64,000 bases of DNA from an uncultured Chlamydiales bacterium (GCA_963700985.1 OY969554.1:320001-384000), one strand, 5' to 3'. Positions 9,101-18,830 are shown, counted from the first letter of the stretch. Numbers and translations are program-made. Notes: generated by a model not told the origin, from the letters alone.

Positions 9101-10983
9101 GCGTCATAAATCTCTTGCTTAGCAACATTTCCATCAGCTGAATAGATAAGGTCCGTGCGCTTCAGGAGCTTCTCTTCATTGGTTTCTAAGTCGACATAGC
9201 GTTCTTCGATGCTATGGGGAAGACCAATGAATGGTTCCTCTGTTCGTGGGATTATCGCTTTTACCTTGCGGACGTTGACTCCAGTTAGATCGGCTTTGTC
9301 AAGAGAAGAACCATTGTCGCTAATTTCGCGCAGTAGGATGAGATCTTCATTATATTCGAAAAAGTCGCGTTGTCTAACTTTACCATTTTCGAGATGTAAT
9401 CTTGCTGTGACAAGATCCGAGTTAGGTAAATAGGAGAAGACGAGGCCCTGGCCATTATCTTCTTCTACTTTTAGCAGTAAATTGCGTCCGTCTTGTGAAT
9501 AAGTGTAACGTTTTGCATACCACTCGATGCCATTTTCTTCAGGGAGGCCTTGCGCATTTAATTTTAGCGCAGTTGAGCGTGTGCCGCTGAGGTTTCCATA
9601 AAATTTCTCAAGTGTAACGTTGCTGTTGTTGTCGTAAAAAAATCTACGGCTATAGACTGGATTGTTGTGCTGATCCAAGAAGGTGCGGCAGAGCAGGTTC
9701 GTGTCATTTTCCCAAATAAACTGCTCAGCGCTGAGAAGAGCAGAACCACGCTCTTTACTATCGTAATTTTCAATGGATTTGAGTCTTAAAGAGGGGGTGT
9801 ATCGATAGATTGTTTTGCTTCCATCGTTTTGATATACCTCAGTAATACCCGTCAGTTGTTTATTAGCCTGTGGTACAGTGTAAACAAAGGAGTGTGTAGT
9901 TGAGAGATTGCCATTGTCACCAATAGGAGCTAGCAGCTCCTTTACGCGGTAATATCTAGGATCAGATTTATTATTGAGAACGATATCCTGTCCATTTACA
10001 GAGTTATGGGTGGCTGCGTAATAATCGGCAGCAACCGCATTACCTGGAGTAAATCGGCGCTGAGTTACAAGAGGGCTGCTTGGTTTATAGGGATTAGAAT
10101 AGTCGATCTCATCTTCGGGAAACCCATCACATACCACTTGTTCGAGAATAAACGCGTCGGTGTTGCCTCGCTCATCTAGTTTGCGGAACTGGTATTGAAG
10201 TTTTTTAGCGTTGCTAGTCTCGATTTCTACGCTGCGGATCTGTTGCTGTTCTTCTTTATAGCTAAACTTAGCCCATGCATAGGTCTTTGTGCCACTTCCA
10301 TTCGTTGTTTTAATAGTGGCGATCTCATCATTTCGATCATATGAATAATGGATCATGTTTCCATGGGGTAGCTTTTCCCAAAGAAGATAGTAGTGCGTTG
10401 TGAGGAATTCTTTTTCTACGTGACTATGTTGGCCAGGGATTTTTCCATAGCAACGTTCTGTGCCATCGGCGGCAAAAACCTTTAACTCACTTTGATCTGC
10501 TGACAGTGAGACATGATTGTTTTTCAGGTTAGTGCGGCCAGAAATTTCTCCATGCGCTGAATTTGTTAGCCCTTTACCAAAAAGACTTACATTCAATGGC
10601 TTAAAGTTAGTCGTAACGGAATTTTTGATCTTCGCGTTACCTGCGGTAGAGTAGTATAAGGTTGCTCCTGTTGGTTCTGGAACATAGGCTGTGCCTCTGG
10701 CTCCGTGTACGAACGCATAAAGGTGAGGGTGCAAGGACCATTTGGCAAGTTTTCCTTTGCCATTGCCGCTGACATAGCTGCGTTTTAAGTGGATGGGTTC
10801 TTGTCCTTCGATGGTTAAATCTTCTTGTGAAATGAAAAAATCGCCTGTTAAGACGTTCACGCAGGAAGAGACAAAGGAAGAGGGATCTCCTTCAGTAACA
10901 GATAGTACGCTCGGCCGTTTTGTGGCACAGTTTCCATCGATCGCAAAGCCGAGGACGAGAGAGCAAGCAAGAAGAGTTCGCAT
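6142..10983 (-). CDS. RHS/YD-repeat protein with signal peptide and very short C-terminal extension
   Basis: DUF6531-like VNVLTGDF...LKRSY; many YD repeats; RHS core PWRFSSKRIDDEIGLAYFGMRYYDPETGHWLTPDP...NMYAFALNNPLVKVDLSGL. Confidence 0.9.
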   Translation of the reverse strand: MRTLLACSLVLGFAIDGNCATKRPSVLSVTEGDPSSFVSSCVNVLTGDFFISQEDLTIEGQEPIHLKRSYVSGNGKGKLAKWSLHPHLYAFVHGARGTAYVPEPTGATLYYSTAGNAKIKNSVTTNFKPLNVSLFGKGLTNSAHGEISGRTNLKNNHVSLSADQSELKVFAADGTERCYGKIPGQHSHVEKEFLTTHYYLLWEKLPHGNMIHYSYDRNDEIATIKTTNGSGTKTYAWAKFSYKEEQQQIRSVEIETSNAKKLQYQFRKLDERGNTDAFILEQVVCDGFPEDEIDYSNPYKPSSPLVTQRRFTPGNAVAADYYAATHNSVNGQDIVLNNKSDPRYYRVKELLAPIGDNGNLSTTHSFVYTVPQANKQLTGITEVYQNDGSKTIYRYTPSLRLKSIENYDSKERGSALLSAEQFIWENDTNLLCRTFLDQHNNPVYSRRFFYDNNSNVTLEKFYGNLSGTRSTALKLNAQGLPEENGIEWYAKRYTYSQDGRNLLLKVEEDNGQGLVFSYLPNSDLVTARLHLENGKVRQRDFFEYNEDLILLREISDNGSSLDKADLTGVNVRKVKAIIPRTEEPFIGLPHSIEERYVDLETNEEKLLKRTDLIYSADGNVAKQEIYDANNSLAYTLQTRYNSMGYPIEERNAFGKIAKSIFDANGNKILYQDFNGKGSKRLTYDFANRLAQVDEQNIDGTIKTTSYKYNLKGNKVATIDPQGNETHSVFDAAGHELATHYPAVLDLEGRLLHPTTYKQCDALGRVLSETNAKNETTSFSYTVRDKPFLIIHPDNGREKFIYSLDGTLKTHYDQEQNATHYTYDFAGRVTSKKIVSSTGGLLSEEHFVYDAFNLLAKTDAEGNTTTYAYDSAGRKIAEEIQGEKTLYTYDNLGRIASIEKGTQNVTQLTYKQYDFMDRVIEERVENGKGKLLSLIRFEYDNAGNTSAISRIIDGQEAKERFLFDAFNRLIQHTNALGDITKVEYDGHFLNDLGQIVTRKIVIDTLGNRTIETQDALGRLASIEKENAEGLPLSKEELFYDAAGNLARQVSTILSPELPPRMTETRWEYGPMKRLLTLTESYGSNDKRVTRYTYTHKGLVSQKIKPDGVIIHHTYDGLGRLVRVYSSDYSVDYSFTYDRNGRQTSTCDLKTQRITARELDAVGRILEESQENGLVLKNRYDTMGRRIETIFPDNSTVRYTYDALNMKKVIRNSKEGLLQYMHHFAKYDLSGNLLEERPIGGMGRVIYNFDVMGRKAALASRWGEQKVLSFDVAGNIEKMAWKTPRKDFDVEYQYDNLHQLTQEEGIFSHSYTYDSHQNRLSKDGFNYQVDPLKQLLSTPQTRYFYDPCGNLICKRTAQGEVYFRYDALDRLVEVTKPYAWRLAYTYDGWNRRQEKFSYAWKENDWNEQQRLSFLYDDTNEIGAADASGNLVQLRVLGRTTQADIGATVAIELGEEIYAPLHDLQGNISALLSFSSRTMVEQYRYTAFGEEKAVPYIPHISQPWRFSSKRIDDEIGLAYFGMRYYDPETGHWLTPDPHRYIDGPNMYAFALNNPLVKVDLSGLQAIAPVYRISVNGLVEAKSTSKAAGAKTEAEANVLPKLGVRPPLPRASGKPGK

Positions 10984-11025
10984 AAGCCCACCATTTGAAG
11001 AGTTGAGAAGTTGAAGTTACTAAAG

Positions 11026-11910
11026 TTAAAGATTCTCTGTAGTTTTTGGCAAGCATTCTCGATCACTTGAAAGATCAGAGAGAAGGTCGGGGTGATGTTT
11101 TTTTAGCCAACGGTGAAGGCGAGAAGTTAGACGTTCTACCTCTGCGCGCTGCCCTGAGGGCTCCTTTACTCTTTCATCTTTTAGAAATGAGCCCAGGTCT
11201 AATGCGATAGCTTTTTTATTTGATGCCCCGAAATTGCGTTTAAAAGAAGCGTCCGTATTTGTGATGCCTTTCTGGCACTGTTTATTAATTAAACGCATAA
11301 GCGAGCGGATCTGTTCTTTTGCGGCCGCAACTTCATTTTGCTGCATTCTTTTATCTATGGCTTCACAAAAAGGCTCAACATGTTCTTGCAATACGAACTC
11401 TGTGGCATCTAAATCGACCTCATGGCGAACGCCCAGCTTATCATAGATCGTTAAGCGTTGAAATGCCCCCTGCGTCTTATTCAAATGGAGATAGAGAAGA
11501 GCTGTCTCTTCTCTAAGTTCATCATATGCGAGCTTTGCGCTATCAAACAGCGGAGTTAAGTCATAGCGCGATTTACGTGCTAAAATGGAGTTTTTCAATT
11601 GGGTTGGAAGGGGAAGATAGCGTATGAGCTGCTTTGGGCTTAAGTGATCATGCCTGAAAAACTTGAGCACTGTTTTCTGATCGCTTCCTAGAAAAGCGTA
11701 AAACTGCTCGCCATTTCCTAAATAAAAGAAAGGCTGCGCTAAAAGCTGTTCTTTCATTGCAGCTGGCAGAGAAAGTGTTTCCCATCTTTCTCTATTGGGC
11801 ATCGCACTAACAATCTCATAGAGACGGAAGCCGGCCGTCTGCATATTACAGACCCAATTAGTAGCCCCAATCACAACTAGTGCAAAAACCACCTTGAAAA
11901 ATGTTCGCAA
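11026..11910 (-). CDS. Membrane-anchored protein-kinase-like fold protein (paralog K-A)
   Basis: YLGNGEQFYAF...VLKFF; EETALLYLHL; GITNTDASFKRN; LDLG. TTG start. Confidence 0.7.
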   Translation of the reverse strand: MRTFFKVVFALVVIGATNWVCNMQTAGFRLYEIVSAMPNRERWETLSLPAAMKEQLLAQPFFYLGNGEQFYAFLGSDQKTVLKFFRHDHLSPKQLIRYLPLPTQLKNSILARKSRYDLTPLFDSAKLAYDELREETALLYLHLNKTQGAFQRLTIYDKLGVRHEVDLDATEFVLQEHVEPFCEAIDKRMQQNEVAAAKEQIRSLMRLINKQCQKGITNTDASFKRNFGASNKKAIALDLGSFLKDERVKEPSGQRAEVERLTSRLHRWLKKHHPDLLSDLSSDRECLPKTTENL

Positions 11911-12014
11911 ACGGCACTTTCTCCAATAGGATACTGATCGTAACTCTCTTTGATACGATAAAAGTTGGTCAAATTATTAGCCACGCCTTTGAAATCTTAT
12001 TAGAGGGAGAAGCG

Positions 12015-12057
12015 TAATTTCATCAGCGTCTCTGCTCTTCTCTGCGCTGATGAAGTT
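12015..12057. repeat. Hairpin element ttcatcagcg...cgctgatgaa (possible terminator/REP-like)
   Basis: Stem aatttcatcagcg / cgctgatgaagtt directly after the K-B stop; related sequence at ~52390-52472. Confidence 0.5.
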
Positions 12058-12952
12058 ATCTCTCAGCTGTTTCTTGGGATAAGGCTTCGATCATTGTGTT
12101 GTAGTCGTGCCAAAGCTCGTGATCGCATTTGGCAAGTGAGCGGGAGAGACGCCAAGTTTTTTCTTTCACCTCTTTTTGCAGGTTTTGGCGTTGAGCTAGC
12201 GCAGGATCTTTTGAGAAAGAGCCAATATCGATTGCAACGGCTCGGCCATTGAGCAGGCCAGTGTTGCGACGAAATCCATTGTCATTATCTTTAATGCCTT
12301 TTTGGCAGCGAGAAGCGACGTTGTTAAGGATGGAAGCGATTGCTCGCTTGGCTTCTTCTTTTTTGCCGTCACGGATCATTTTTTTTACGGTAGCGTGGGC
12401 AAGCGAAGCGCGCTTTTGCAGCGCAAACTCTAAATTGTCTAGATCGACCTGATGCGAAATGCCCAATTTGTCGATGAGTGTGATGCTGCGCTTCCACTGG
12501 TTTGTTTTATTGAGTTGCATATACAAAAGGCCGGTTTCTTCGCGCAATTCATCAAAGGCGATTTTGCAGCTTTGGAAAAACTGCGCTTGATGTTTTTCGC
12601 GTGCCCGGATGAATGAAGTAGCAATTTCAGGGAGCGGAAGTGCTTTCAAACCAGAAAAATTATTCAAGTGGTGATGCTTGAAGAGTTTCAGCACGCTTTT
12701 TCCGTCTTGGCTTAAAAATGCGTAGGCCTGGCCCCCACTACCTAAAAAGGTAAAGGGCTGTGCCAGGATCTTTTGAACTGCGGCTAACTCAGGCGCTGAG
12801 AGGGGCGTGACGTCGCGATTTGGATCATAGGTGAGATTCGAAAGGATATTGCAGACCTTAAATCCTTCTGTTTTTTGATGACAGAAGCGCTCTGTAAAAC
12901 GAAAAGCCAAACAGAAGCAGAGCAGTTTAAACCAGAAAGAGAGGTGTTTCAT
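12056..12952 (-). CDS. Membrane-anchored protein-kinase-like fold protein (K-B)
   Basis: FLGSGGQAYAF...VLKLF; GIKDNDNGFRRN; IDIG. Confidence 0.7.
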   Translation of the reverse strand: MKHLSFWFKLLCFCLAFRFTERFCHQKTEGFKVCNILSNLTYDPNRDVTPLSAPELAAVQKILAQPFTFLGSGGQAYAFLSQDGKSVLKLFKHHHLNNFSGLKALPLPEIATSFIRAREKHQAQFFQSCKIAFDELREETGLLYMQLNKTNQWKRSITLIDKLGISHQVDLDNLEFALQKRASLAHATVKKMIRDGKKEEAKRAIASILNNVASRCQKGIKDNDNGFRRNTGLLNGRAVAIDIGSFSKDPALAQRQNLQKEVKEKTWRLSRSLAKCDHELWHDYNTMIEALSQETAER

Positions 12953-13836
12953 GAATTCTCAAGGATTTTGTTAAATTCTTCTTCAAATGCCACCAGAAGT
13001 TCGGGGAAGTGTTTTGTAAGCAGGCAGCGTAAAGGCAGCGTCTCGTAAAAGAGTTCGCGTTTGTAGGTTTGGGGGTGCTTTAAAAATACATTTTTAGAGA
13101 ATGAACCCACATCGATTACAATCGCATGCTCTTTCAAAAATCCAAAATTCTTGCATAGAGTTGGATCTCGATCTGCAATCCCTTTTTTGCAGCGCTCAAC
13201 AATTAGGGACATTAGAGCTGAGATCTGTTTTCTTGCAGCTTCTGCATCGCCATTTTCTAAACTACGTTCTAAAGAAGGCATAAGCAGATCAGCGCGTTTT
13301 TGAACCATGAACTGCACCTCGTCTAAAGCCACTTTATGCTTTAGGCCTAACTTGTCGATAAGAGTGATAACAGGAAGTTGTTTGGTGGTTTTGCTCAAGT
13401 GTAAATAGAGCAGGCCGGTCTCTGCTTTTAATTCTTCGTAGGCAATTTTACAGCTGGCAAAGGTGCTTGTTAAACGCTCTTCTTTTTCGCGTTTTAGTTT
13501 TTCAAGATTTGCGAGGGGCAAGATCTTGGCAATTAGTTGTGCTTGGCGGATGTGATGGTGTTTAAAAACTTTTAATACGATCTGCTTGTCTTGGCTGAGG
13601 AATGCATAGCACTCGAGACCGCTATCTAAAAAGGTAAAAGGCTGAGAAAGGAGCGTTTGCAACTCAATTGAGGGGAGATCTGCTGGAGTATTCACGAATG
13701 CCGTTTCAGAATAGATATTCGGCAAGCTAAAGCCACGCGTTTGTTTGTGACAAAAGCGTTCTAAGGCAAAAAAGATGCCGATACCGATAAATAGTTTAAT
13801 TACGCTCGAGGATAGTTTGAATCTCATGTGCCACAT
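12949..13836 (-). CDS. Membrane-anchored protein-kinase-like fold protein (K-C); start may be 13827
   Basis: FLDSGLECYAF...VLKVF; GIADRDPTLCKN; IDVG. Confidence 0.7.
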   Translation of the reverse strand: MWHMRFKLSSSVIKLFIGIGIFFALERFCHKQTRGFSLPNIYSETAFVNTPADLPSIELQTLLSQPFTFLDSGLECYAFLSQDKQIVLKVFKHHHIRQAQLIAKILPLANLEKLKREKEERLTSTFASCKIAYEELKAETGLLYLHLSKTTKQLPVITLIDKLGLKHKVALDEVQFMVQKRADLLMPSLERSLENGDAEAARKQISALMSLIVERCKKGIADRDPTLCKNFGFLKEHAIVIDVGSFSKNVFLKHPQTYKRELFYETLPLRCLLTKHFPELLVAFEEEFNKILENS

Positions 13837-14680
13837 AATCTGAAAATTCTGGGATGCGATTTGCAGCCCAGCGTTGCATTTTGAACAGCTCCTTGCGCAT
13901 CTCTCTATATTTGTGCTTTGGTTTTCTTACTGATTTTATTTTTTTGTAAGATCCTACATCGATTTCAATAGCTTCTGTGCCAGTAAACCCGATATTGCGA
14001 TCAAAGCGCAGGTCGTGATTCGAGATCTCTTTCTCACAACGCGTGGCTATTAGTTTGATAAGGGAGCTTAAACACTGCTCCATCTCTTGGCGCGCGCCTG
14101 CTTTCATAAGCAGGTCGATCTTTTCAGGCAGCATCTCTACTCTTTTTTGGAGTATGAAAGCTGTCTGATCAGCATTGATCTGATGCTCGATGCCCAACTT
14201 ATCAACCAGCGTAATCGTGCGCTTTAAAGAATGCGTTGGCTGTAAATGTGTGCCGAGCATGCCAGTTTCATTCTTAAATTCGTGTTCAGCGATTTCGCAG
14301 CTTGTGAAAATCGAGTTTAATCGCTTGGTGCGTCTTTCCGCTAATGATGTGCGCCAGTTTTCAAGAGAGGCAGGAAGGGGGAATGTTTTTAAAATCCCTT
14401 TGATGGGGAAATTGTGGTAATGCTTAAAAACCTTAAGCACAGTCTGTTCATCTTGGCCTAAAAAAGCATAGCATTGGACGCCACTGCCCAAAAATGTGAA
14501 GCGCTGGTCTAAGAGTTTGCCAAACGAGGGGTTTTCGTTATGGGGATATGTAGGTTGAAAAACAAAATCAGAATGCAGCTTATCTAAGCGGAAGCCAGCT
14601 GTCTGATAACGGCAAAAACGTTCAACCGCAAAGATTGCGAGCAGCGAACAAACAATTGTAAATGTTTTTTTAAAGCGCAT
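13796..14680 (-). CDS. Membrane-anchored protein-kinase-like fold protein (K-D)
   Basis: FLGSGVQCYAF...VLKVF; EISNHDLRFDRN; IDVG. Confidence 0.7.
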   Translation of the reverse strand: MRFKKTFTIVCSLLAIFAVERFCRYQTAGFRLDKLHSDFVFQPTYPHNENPSFGKLLDQRFTFLGSGVQCYAFLGQDEQTVLKVFKHYHNFPIKGILKTFPLPASLENWRTSLAERRTKRLNSIFTSCEIAEHEFKNETGMLGTHLQPTHSLKRTITLVDKLGIEHQINADQTAFILQKRVEMLPEKIDLLMKAGARQEMEQCLSSLIKLIATRCEKEISNHDLRFDRNIGFTGTEAIEIDVGSYKKIKSVRKPKHKYREMRKELFKMQRWAANRIPEFSDYVAHEIQTILERN

Positions 14681-15548
14681 GCGGACATTGTATCTCTTCT
14701 TCTAAGAAGAGGGCAAGTCCGGCTTCACGCATAGCCAGCCAATCCCTCAGGCTTTGGGTGATTTTTCGGATTTCTGCTAGAGCAAGCGCGCTGGGTTTTG
14801 CATCAATATTTTTTGAAAATGGTCCTAAATCTAGAAAAATAGCTTTACCCTCGATGAAACCGATGTTAGTACGAATCAGCGGATCTCGGTCACTTAGCTC
14901 TTTATTCAGGCGGCTCTGCAGCAGGGCAAGCAAAGAAGAGATTCCTTGTTGAGCAGATAAAATATCGCCTTTTTGAAGCCACTCTTCAAACTGAGGATAG
15001 GCTAGTGTTGCCCTTTTTTGGAGGATGAAACCCATATTATCGAGATCAACTGCATGTGCAATTCCTAATTTGTCGATCACAGTGACTTTTTTGCGAAGAT
15101 GTTGTGTTGTATTTAGGTGAAGAAAGAGCAGGCCGGTCTCTTCACGTAGATCGGAAAATGAGAGTTCATAGCTTTGCGCGGTCATCTGCATTTTTCTCTG
15201 GAAATATGAGAGCCTTTCTTTTTGCCAAGCAAAGGTTGGAAGCCACTCAAGCATTTGAATGCGTTTTTGATAGTGGTTATTTAATAGTTTAAGCACTGTT
15301 TTTCCATCTCGTGAGAGAAAGACAAAGCTCTGCTTGCCGCGTGCAAGATAGGTAAAGGGCTGGTCTAAAATTTCTAGCGCTTGTTTTTCTAGCTTCGTTG
15401 AGCAGATTTGTTGAACATTAAAAGTGTTGTCCTGGATTTTTGAAATGCGGAAGCCATCGGTCGCTTTGTGGCAGAAGCGGCTGATACCAATCGCAAGCAG
15501 AGCCAAGCTTAAGAGTTTAACAATTCTCTTTTTAATTATTTTCTTCAT
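14670..15548 (-). CDS. Membrane-anchored protein-kinase-like fold protein (K-E)
   Basis: YLARGKQSFVF...VLKLL; ELSDRDPLIRTN; LDLG. Confidence 0.7.
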   Translation of the reverse strand: MKKIIKKRIVKLLSLALLAIGISRFCHKATDGFRISKIQDNTFNVQQICSTKLEKQALEILDQPFTYLARGKQSFVFLSRDGKTVLKLLNNHYQKRIQMLEWLPTFAWQKERLSYFQRKMQMTAQSYELSFSDLREETGLLFLHLNTTQHLRKKVTVIDKLGIAHAVDLDNMGFILQKRATLAYPQFEEWLQKGDILSAQQGISSLLALLQSRLNKELSDRDPLIRTNIGFIEGKAIFLDLGPFSKNIDAKPSALALAEIRKITQSLRDWLAMREAGLALFLEEEIQCPHAL

Positions 15549-16408
15549 TGAGAGGTCACCAGAGAATCGAGATGTTTAATTAAAAGAGGAGATGTCGAGG
15601 GATCTTCATTGGCAAGCCAGCTCCTCAGACGCGCTGTGATGGCAATGAGATCGCGCTCATAAACATCAGGCTGCTTGCGCGCGCTATCGCGTTTAAATCG
15701 GCCTACGTCGACAAAAATGGGCTCATCACCCACAAACCCTAAGTTTTTATGCAGGCGTGGATCCTCATCAAAAATTCCCAGTTGGCAGCGTTTGCGCAGA
15801 AGTGAGACGGTCTTTTCAAGTGTGGCTTTAGCTGCATCCATTTGATCATTATTAATCTGCCGTTGAAGGTAAGGAAGTAGCATTTCGGCTTTGGCTTGCA
15901 GAATGAAAGCAGTTTTATCGAGGTCGATAGCGTGAGCAATTCCCAACTTATCGACAATCGTGAGTTTTGTGCCAATAGTATTAGTTTCAGTTAAATGAAG
16001 ATGAATGAGCCCGGTTTCTTGTTTTAGCTCATTAAAAGCGAGTAGATAACTATTCAGATCTCGCTGCCATCCTTTTTCAACTCTAGCCACTCTTTTTGCT
16101 GCAGCTTTTTTGAGAAAAGAGGGGAGATGCCAGTCTAAAAGAAAAGCAGGCGTAATGCCTCGGCTCATTAGCTTGAGCACATATTTTCCATCCTGGGAAA
16201 CGAAAGCGAAGCACTGACCTCCGTGACCCAAAAAATAGAACTTCTGATTCAAGATTTTTTTGTCAAAGTTGCATGGCTCATGGCCTTTTGGAAGCGCAAA
16301 TGTGATGCGGGCAATTGAAAACCCCGCTGTCTTTTTTGTGCAAAAGTGACGCAAAGGAATGATTGTCGCGCCTAAAATGAGATAAACTAAGATTAGCTTT
16401 CTGTTCAC
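15545..16408 (-). CDS. Membrane-anchored protein-kinase-like fold protein (K-F)
   Basis: FLGHGGQCFAF...VLKLM; GIFDEDPRLHKN; VDVG. GTG start overlaps the K-G stop. Confidence 0.7.
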   Translation of the reverse strand: MNRKLILVYLILGATIIPLRHFCTKKTAGFSIARITFALPKGHEPCNFDKKILNQKFYFLGHGGQCFAFVSQDGKYVLKLMSRGITPAFLLDWHLPSFLKKAAAKRVARVEKGWQRDLNSYLLAFNELKQETGLIHLHLTETNTIGTKLTIVDKLGIAHAIDLDKTAFILQAKAEMLLPYLQRQINNDQMDAAKATLEKTVSLLRKRCQLGIFDEDPRLHKNLGFVGDEPIFVDVGRFKRDSARKQPDVYERDLIAITARLRSWLANEDPSTSPLLIKHLDSLVTSQ

Positions 16409-17256
16409 AGTGCACTCGCATTGTTCATAGCATTTTCAAAAAACGGCAAAAGCTCAGGGTCTTCAGCTCCCAGCCATTTTTTAAGCGCACCAGCTTTTAT
16501 TTTAGGCTCGTCTTCAGGCTTTTTTTTAGCCAAGCTGCCACAGTCGATAAGAACGGCTTGATCGCCAATAAATCCAAAGTTTTTTGTCAGATGTGAATCT
16601 CGATCGTAGATTCCTTTTTGATCAAGCGTATGCAAGAGCTTAGCTAACGATTCAAGAAGAGTCTTTTTTTCTTGCTGCGCCATGAGCGTGGGAAGCACCA
16701 GATTTGCGCGCTTTTGTAAAACAAATTCAAGCCTGTCTGCATCCAAACGATGTTGAATATTCAAGCGATCTACCAGTGTAAGGCGGCAGTTTAAATCAGA
16801 GGATTTATTGAGATGGAGGAAAATTAAACCACTCTCATCTCTAACTTCATCGAAGGCTAGTTTGTAACTTTGAAATAATTTCGTGAGCTCTGCTTGCTTT
16901 TTTCCCTGCTTTGCAACTCTCCAATCATCTAATCCATGCGGCAAGGGAATAGCATCCAAAAAGGGCGGCAGACGAAGATGTTGAAACTTAAAAAACTTAA
17001 GCACGTATTTTCCATCTGGCGAAGCAAATACGTAGCTCTGAGCGCCTTTGCCCAGATAGTAAAAAGGTTTGGCTAAAATTGTGCGGATTTCGTCTTTTTC
17101 AACTTGGTTCAGCGCAGCTGTATCCCATACCGCCTGCGGTTCAAGTGCTGAGCGGATATTTGCCACCTCAAAGCCATCCGTAACTCTGTGGCAAAGCCTT
17201 TCAGCTGCAATAACTGCTATGATAAAAATAAGAAGAAGAAAAAGCCGTTTATACAT
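16405..17256 (-). CDS. Membrane-anchored protein-kinase-like fold protein (K-G); ORF extends to 17271
   Basis: YLGKGAQSYVF...VLKFF; GIYDRDSHLTKN; IDCG. Confidence 0.7.
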   Translation of the reverse strand: MYKRLFLLLIFIIAVIAAERLCHRVTDGFEVANIRSALEPQAVWDTAALNQVEKDEIRTILAKPFYYLGKGAQSYVFASPDGKYVLKFFKFQHLRLPPFLDAIPLPHGLDDWRVAKQGKKQAELTKLFQSYKLAFDEVRDESGLIFLHLNKSSDLNCRLTLVDRLNIQHRLDADRLEFVLQKRANLVLPTLMAQQEKKTLLESLAKLLHTLDQKGIYDRDSHLTKNFGFIGDQAVLIDCGSLAKKKPEDEPKIKAGALKKWLGAEDPELLPFFENAMNNASAL

Positions 17257-17304
17257 CTGTCCGCGTGTCAAAAGCGATTAAGCGATTAGATTATGAGGCT
17301 GATA

Positions 17305-17373
17305 CAAAATTCACTACCAGTAAATTTTCTTTATCAATTAGTATAATTTTTTTTGATGCTGGAGGAAAAAATC
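17305..17373 (+). promoter_or_regulatory. Divergent promoter region between K-G and P2 (TATAAT 17342-17347, GGAGG RBS)
   Basis: Consensus -10 hexamer and RBS; homologous to 21245-21313. Confidence 0.5.
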
Positions 17374-18726
17374 ATGGCACACAAAAAGTTGATTGGAAGT
17401 TTTGTTTTCTTTTCTTGTCTGCTGTCACCTAATTTGAAACTCTTTTCTCAGGCAGGCATTAGCCTCTATGTGACAGATCAAACAAACATACAGCTAGTGG
17501 TTATTGATACAGACACCTTTGCTATAACCGCTACCATTCCTCTTATTTCTCAACCGGGTGCAGGAGGCCCTAACGGAGTCGCGATTACTCCGGATAACAA
17601 GTTCGCTTATGTAGGTACCGTTCCATTAACTTCAACTCCTATTCCGGGCGTCAATGCTGTAAATTTGTCTACCGCAGTTGTTACCGAAATCCAGATCGAT
17701 GATGGAAATACTGGCCAAGGTGTGGCCATAACTCCTGATGGTACTATGGCTTATGTTACTAATGGCAGTAGTAAGGTTTTCCCTATAGATGTTGCCACAA
17801 ACGTAGCTGGATCTGGTATTACGGTCGGAGGTGATCCTGATAGCATTGCAATTCAGCCTGTAGGGGCGCCAATTCAAGCCTATGTGGCTAATTTTAGTGA
17901 TCAAAATATTTCTGTAATCAACACAGCAACGAATGCGGTTATAGCTACTATTACTCTTCCGGCTGGCAGTTTGCCAACCAGCGTGGCAATCACCCCCACC
18001 GGTTTATTCACCTACGTTGGTGTTCTTGATAACACTGATGTTTCTGTGATCAGCACAACTTCGAATACTATATCTGCTACTGTGGATTTAGGAGCTTTCG
18101 CGGACGCTATAACTATAGCAAATGTACCAAATCCACCCTCCTCTCCTGATGTCCCTGGTATATTCGCGTATGCTTACATCTTCGGTTCTCAGACAGTTAA
18201 TGTGATCGATACGAGCACAAATACAATAGTTGGGACCATTAATCTTCCCGAATCGTCTACTACAGCTTTTATGGCTTCTACCCCTGATGGAACACAAGTT
18301 TTTCTGGTAGATAACAGTAATAATGTCATTGAAATCGATACTGCTACAAATACAGCTACGGTGGCGCTTGCACTCCCTGGCACCGCAGGCGGTATTGCAA
18401 TGGGTCCCGTGCCGCCAATTCCACCACCACCCAACCCGAAACCTCTACCACCTTCTAATCTCACAGGTGAGCTGCGCAAGGTGATTTTCGCCACACAAAC
18501 AGAGTACATTCACAAGCTGCAGTGGACCCCCAGCACTGACACGACTGTCGTTGATTATCTTGTTTTCCGCAACGGCATCCAGATCGCCGTGATTAGTGCC
18601 TCTGGACCATTTGAGTATAACGACCAGAATCGCCATAAAAATGAGAGCGACGTTTACACATTAGTGAGTGTAAATGCATTAGGTGTGCAGAGCGACCCCA
18701 TCACACTTAATTTCAACGGGAAGTAA
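17374..18726 (+). CDS. Secreted YVTN beta-propeller protein with conserved C-terminal tail (P2)
   Basis: ATG after GGAGG; signal peptide ...NLKLFSQAGISLY; propeller blades; 92-aa tail. Confidence 0.85.
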   Translation: MAHKKLIGSFVFFSCLLSPNLKLFSQAGISLYVTDQTNIQLVVIDTDTFAITATIPLISQPGAGGPNGVAITPDNKFAYVGTVPLTSTPIPGVNAVNLSTAVVTEIQIDDGNTGQGVAITPDGTMAYVTNGSSKVFPIDVATNVAGSGITVGGDPDSIAIQPVGAPIQAYVANFSDQNISVINTATNAVIATITLPAGSLPTSVAITPTGLFTYVGVLDNTDVSVISTTSNTISATVDLGAFADAITIANVPNPPSSPDVPGIFAYAYIFGSQTVNVIDTSTNTIVGTINLPESSTTAFMASTPDGTQVFLVDNSNNVIEIDTATNTATVALALPGTAGGIAMGPVPPIPPPPNPKPLPPSNLTGELRKVIFATQTEYIHKLQWTPSTDTTVVDYLVFRNGIQIAVISASGPFEYNDQNRHKNESDVYTLVSVNALGVQSDPITLNFNGK

Positions 18727-18739
18727 TTTAAGTCTAAAA

Positions 18740-18830
18740 CAGAACAGGATAGATAGGATCAGGCAGGATATGAAAGATCGAATAGAGAAAATATCCTGCA
18801 TATCCTGTAAATGATTTACCGAAAAGGTTC
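18740..18830. repeat. CAGGAT/ATCCTG palindromic dispersed repeat, copy 1
   Basis: acaggatagataggatcaggcaggat...atcctgcatatcctgtaaatgatttac. Confidence 0.7.

Noticed and set aside
11026-17271. The paralog array as orphan RHS immunity genes
   Set aside because: They lie upstream of the RHS, keep kinase catalytic motifs, and the RHS lacks an evident toxin domain.
639-18726. Programmed inversion between the oppositely oriented P1 and P2-P4 tails
   Set aside because: No recombinase nearby, the tails are diverged at the DNA level, and an inversion would barely change the proteins.
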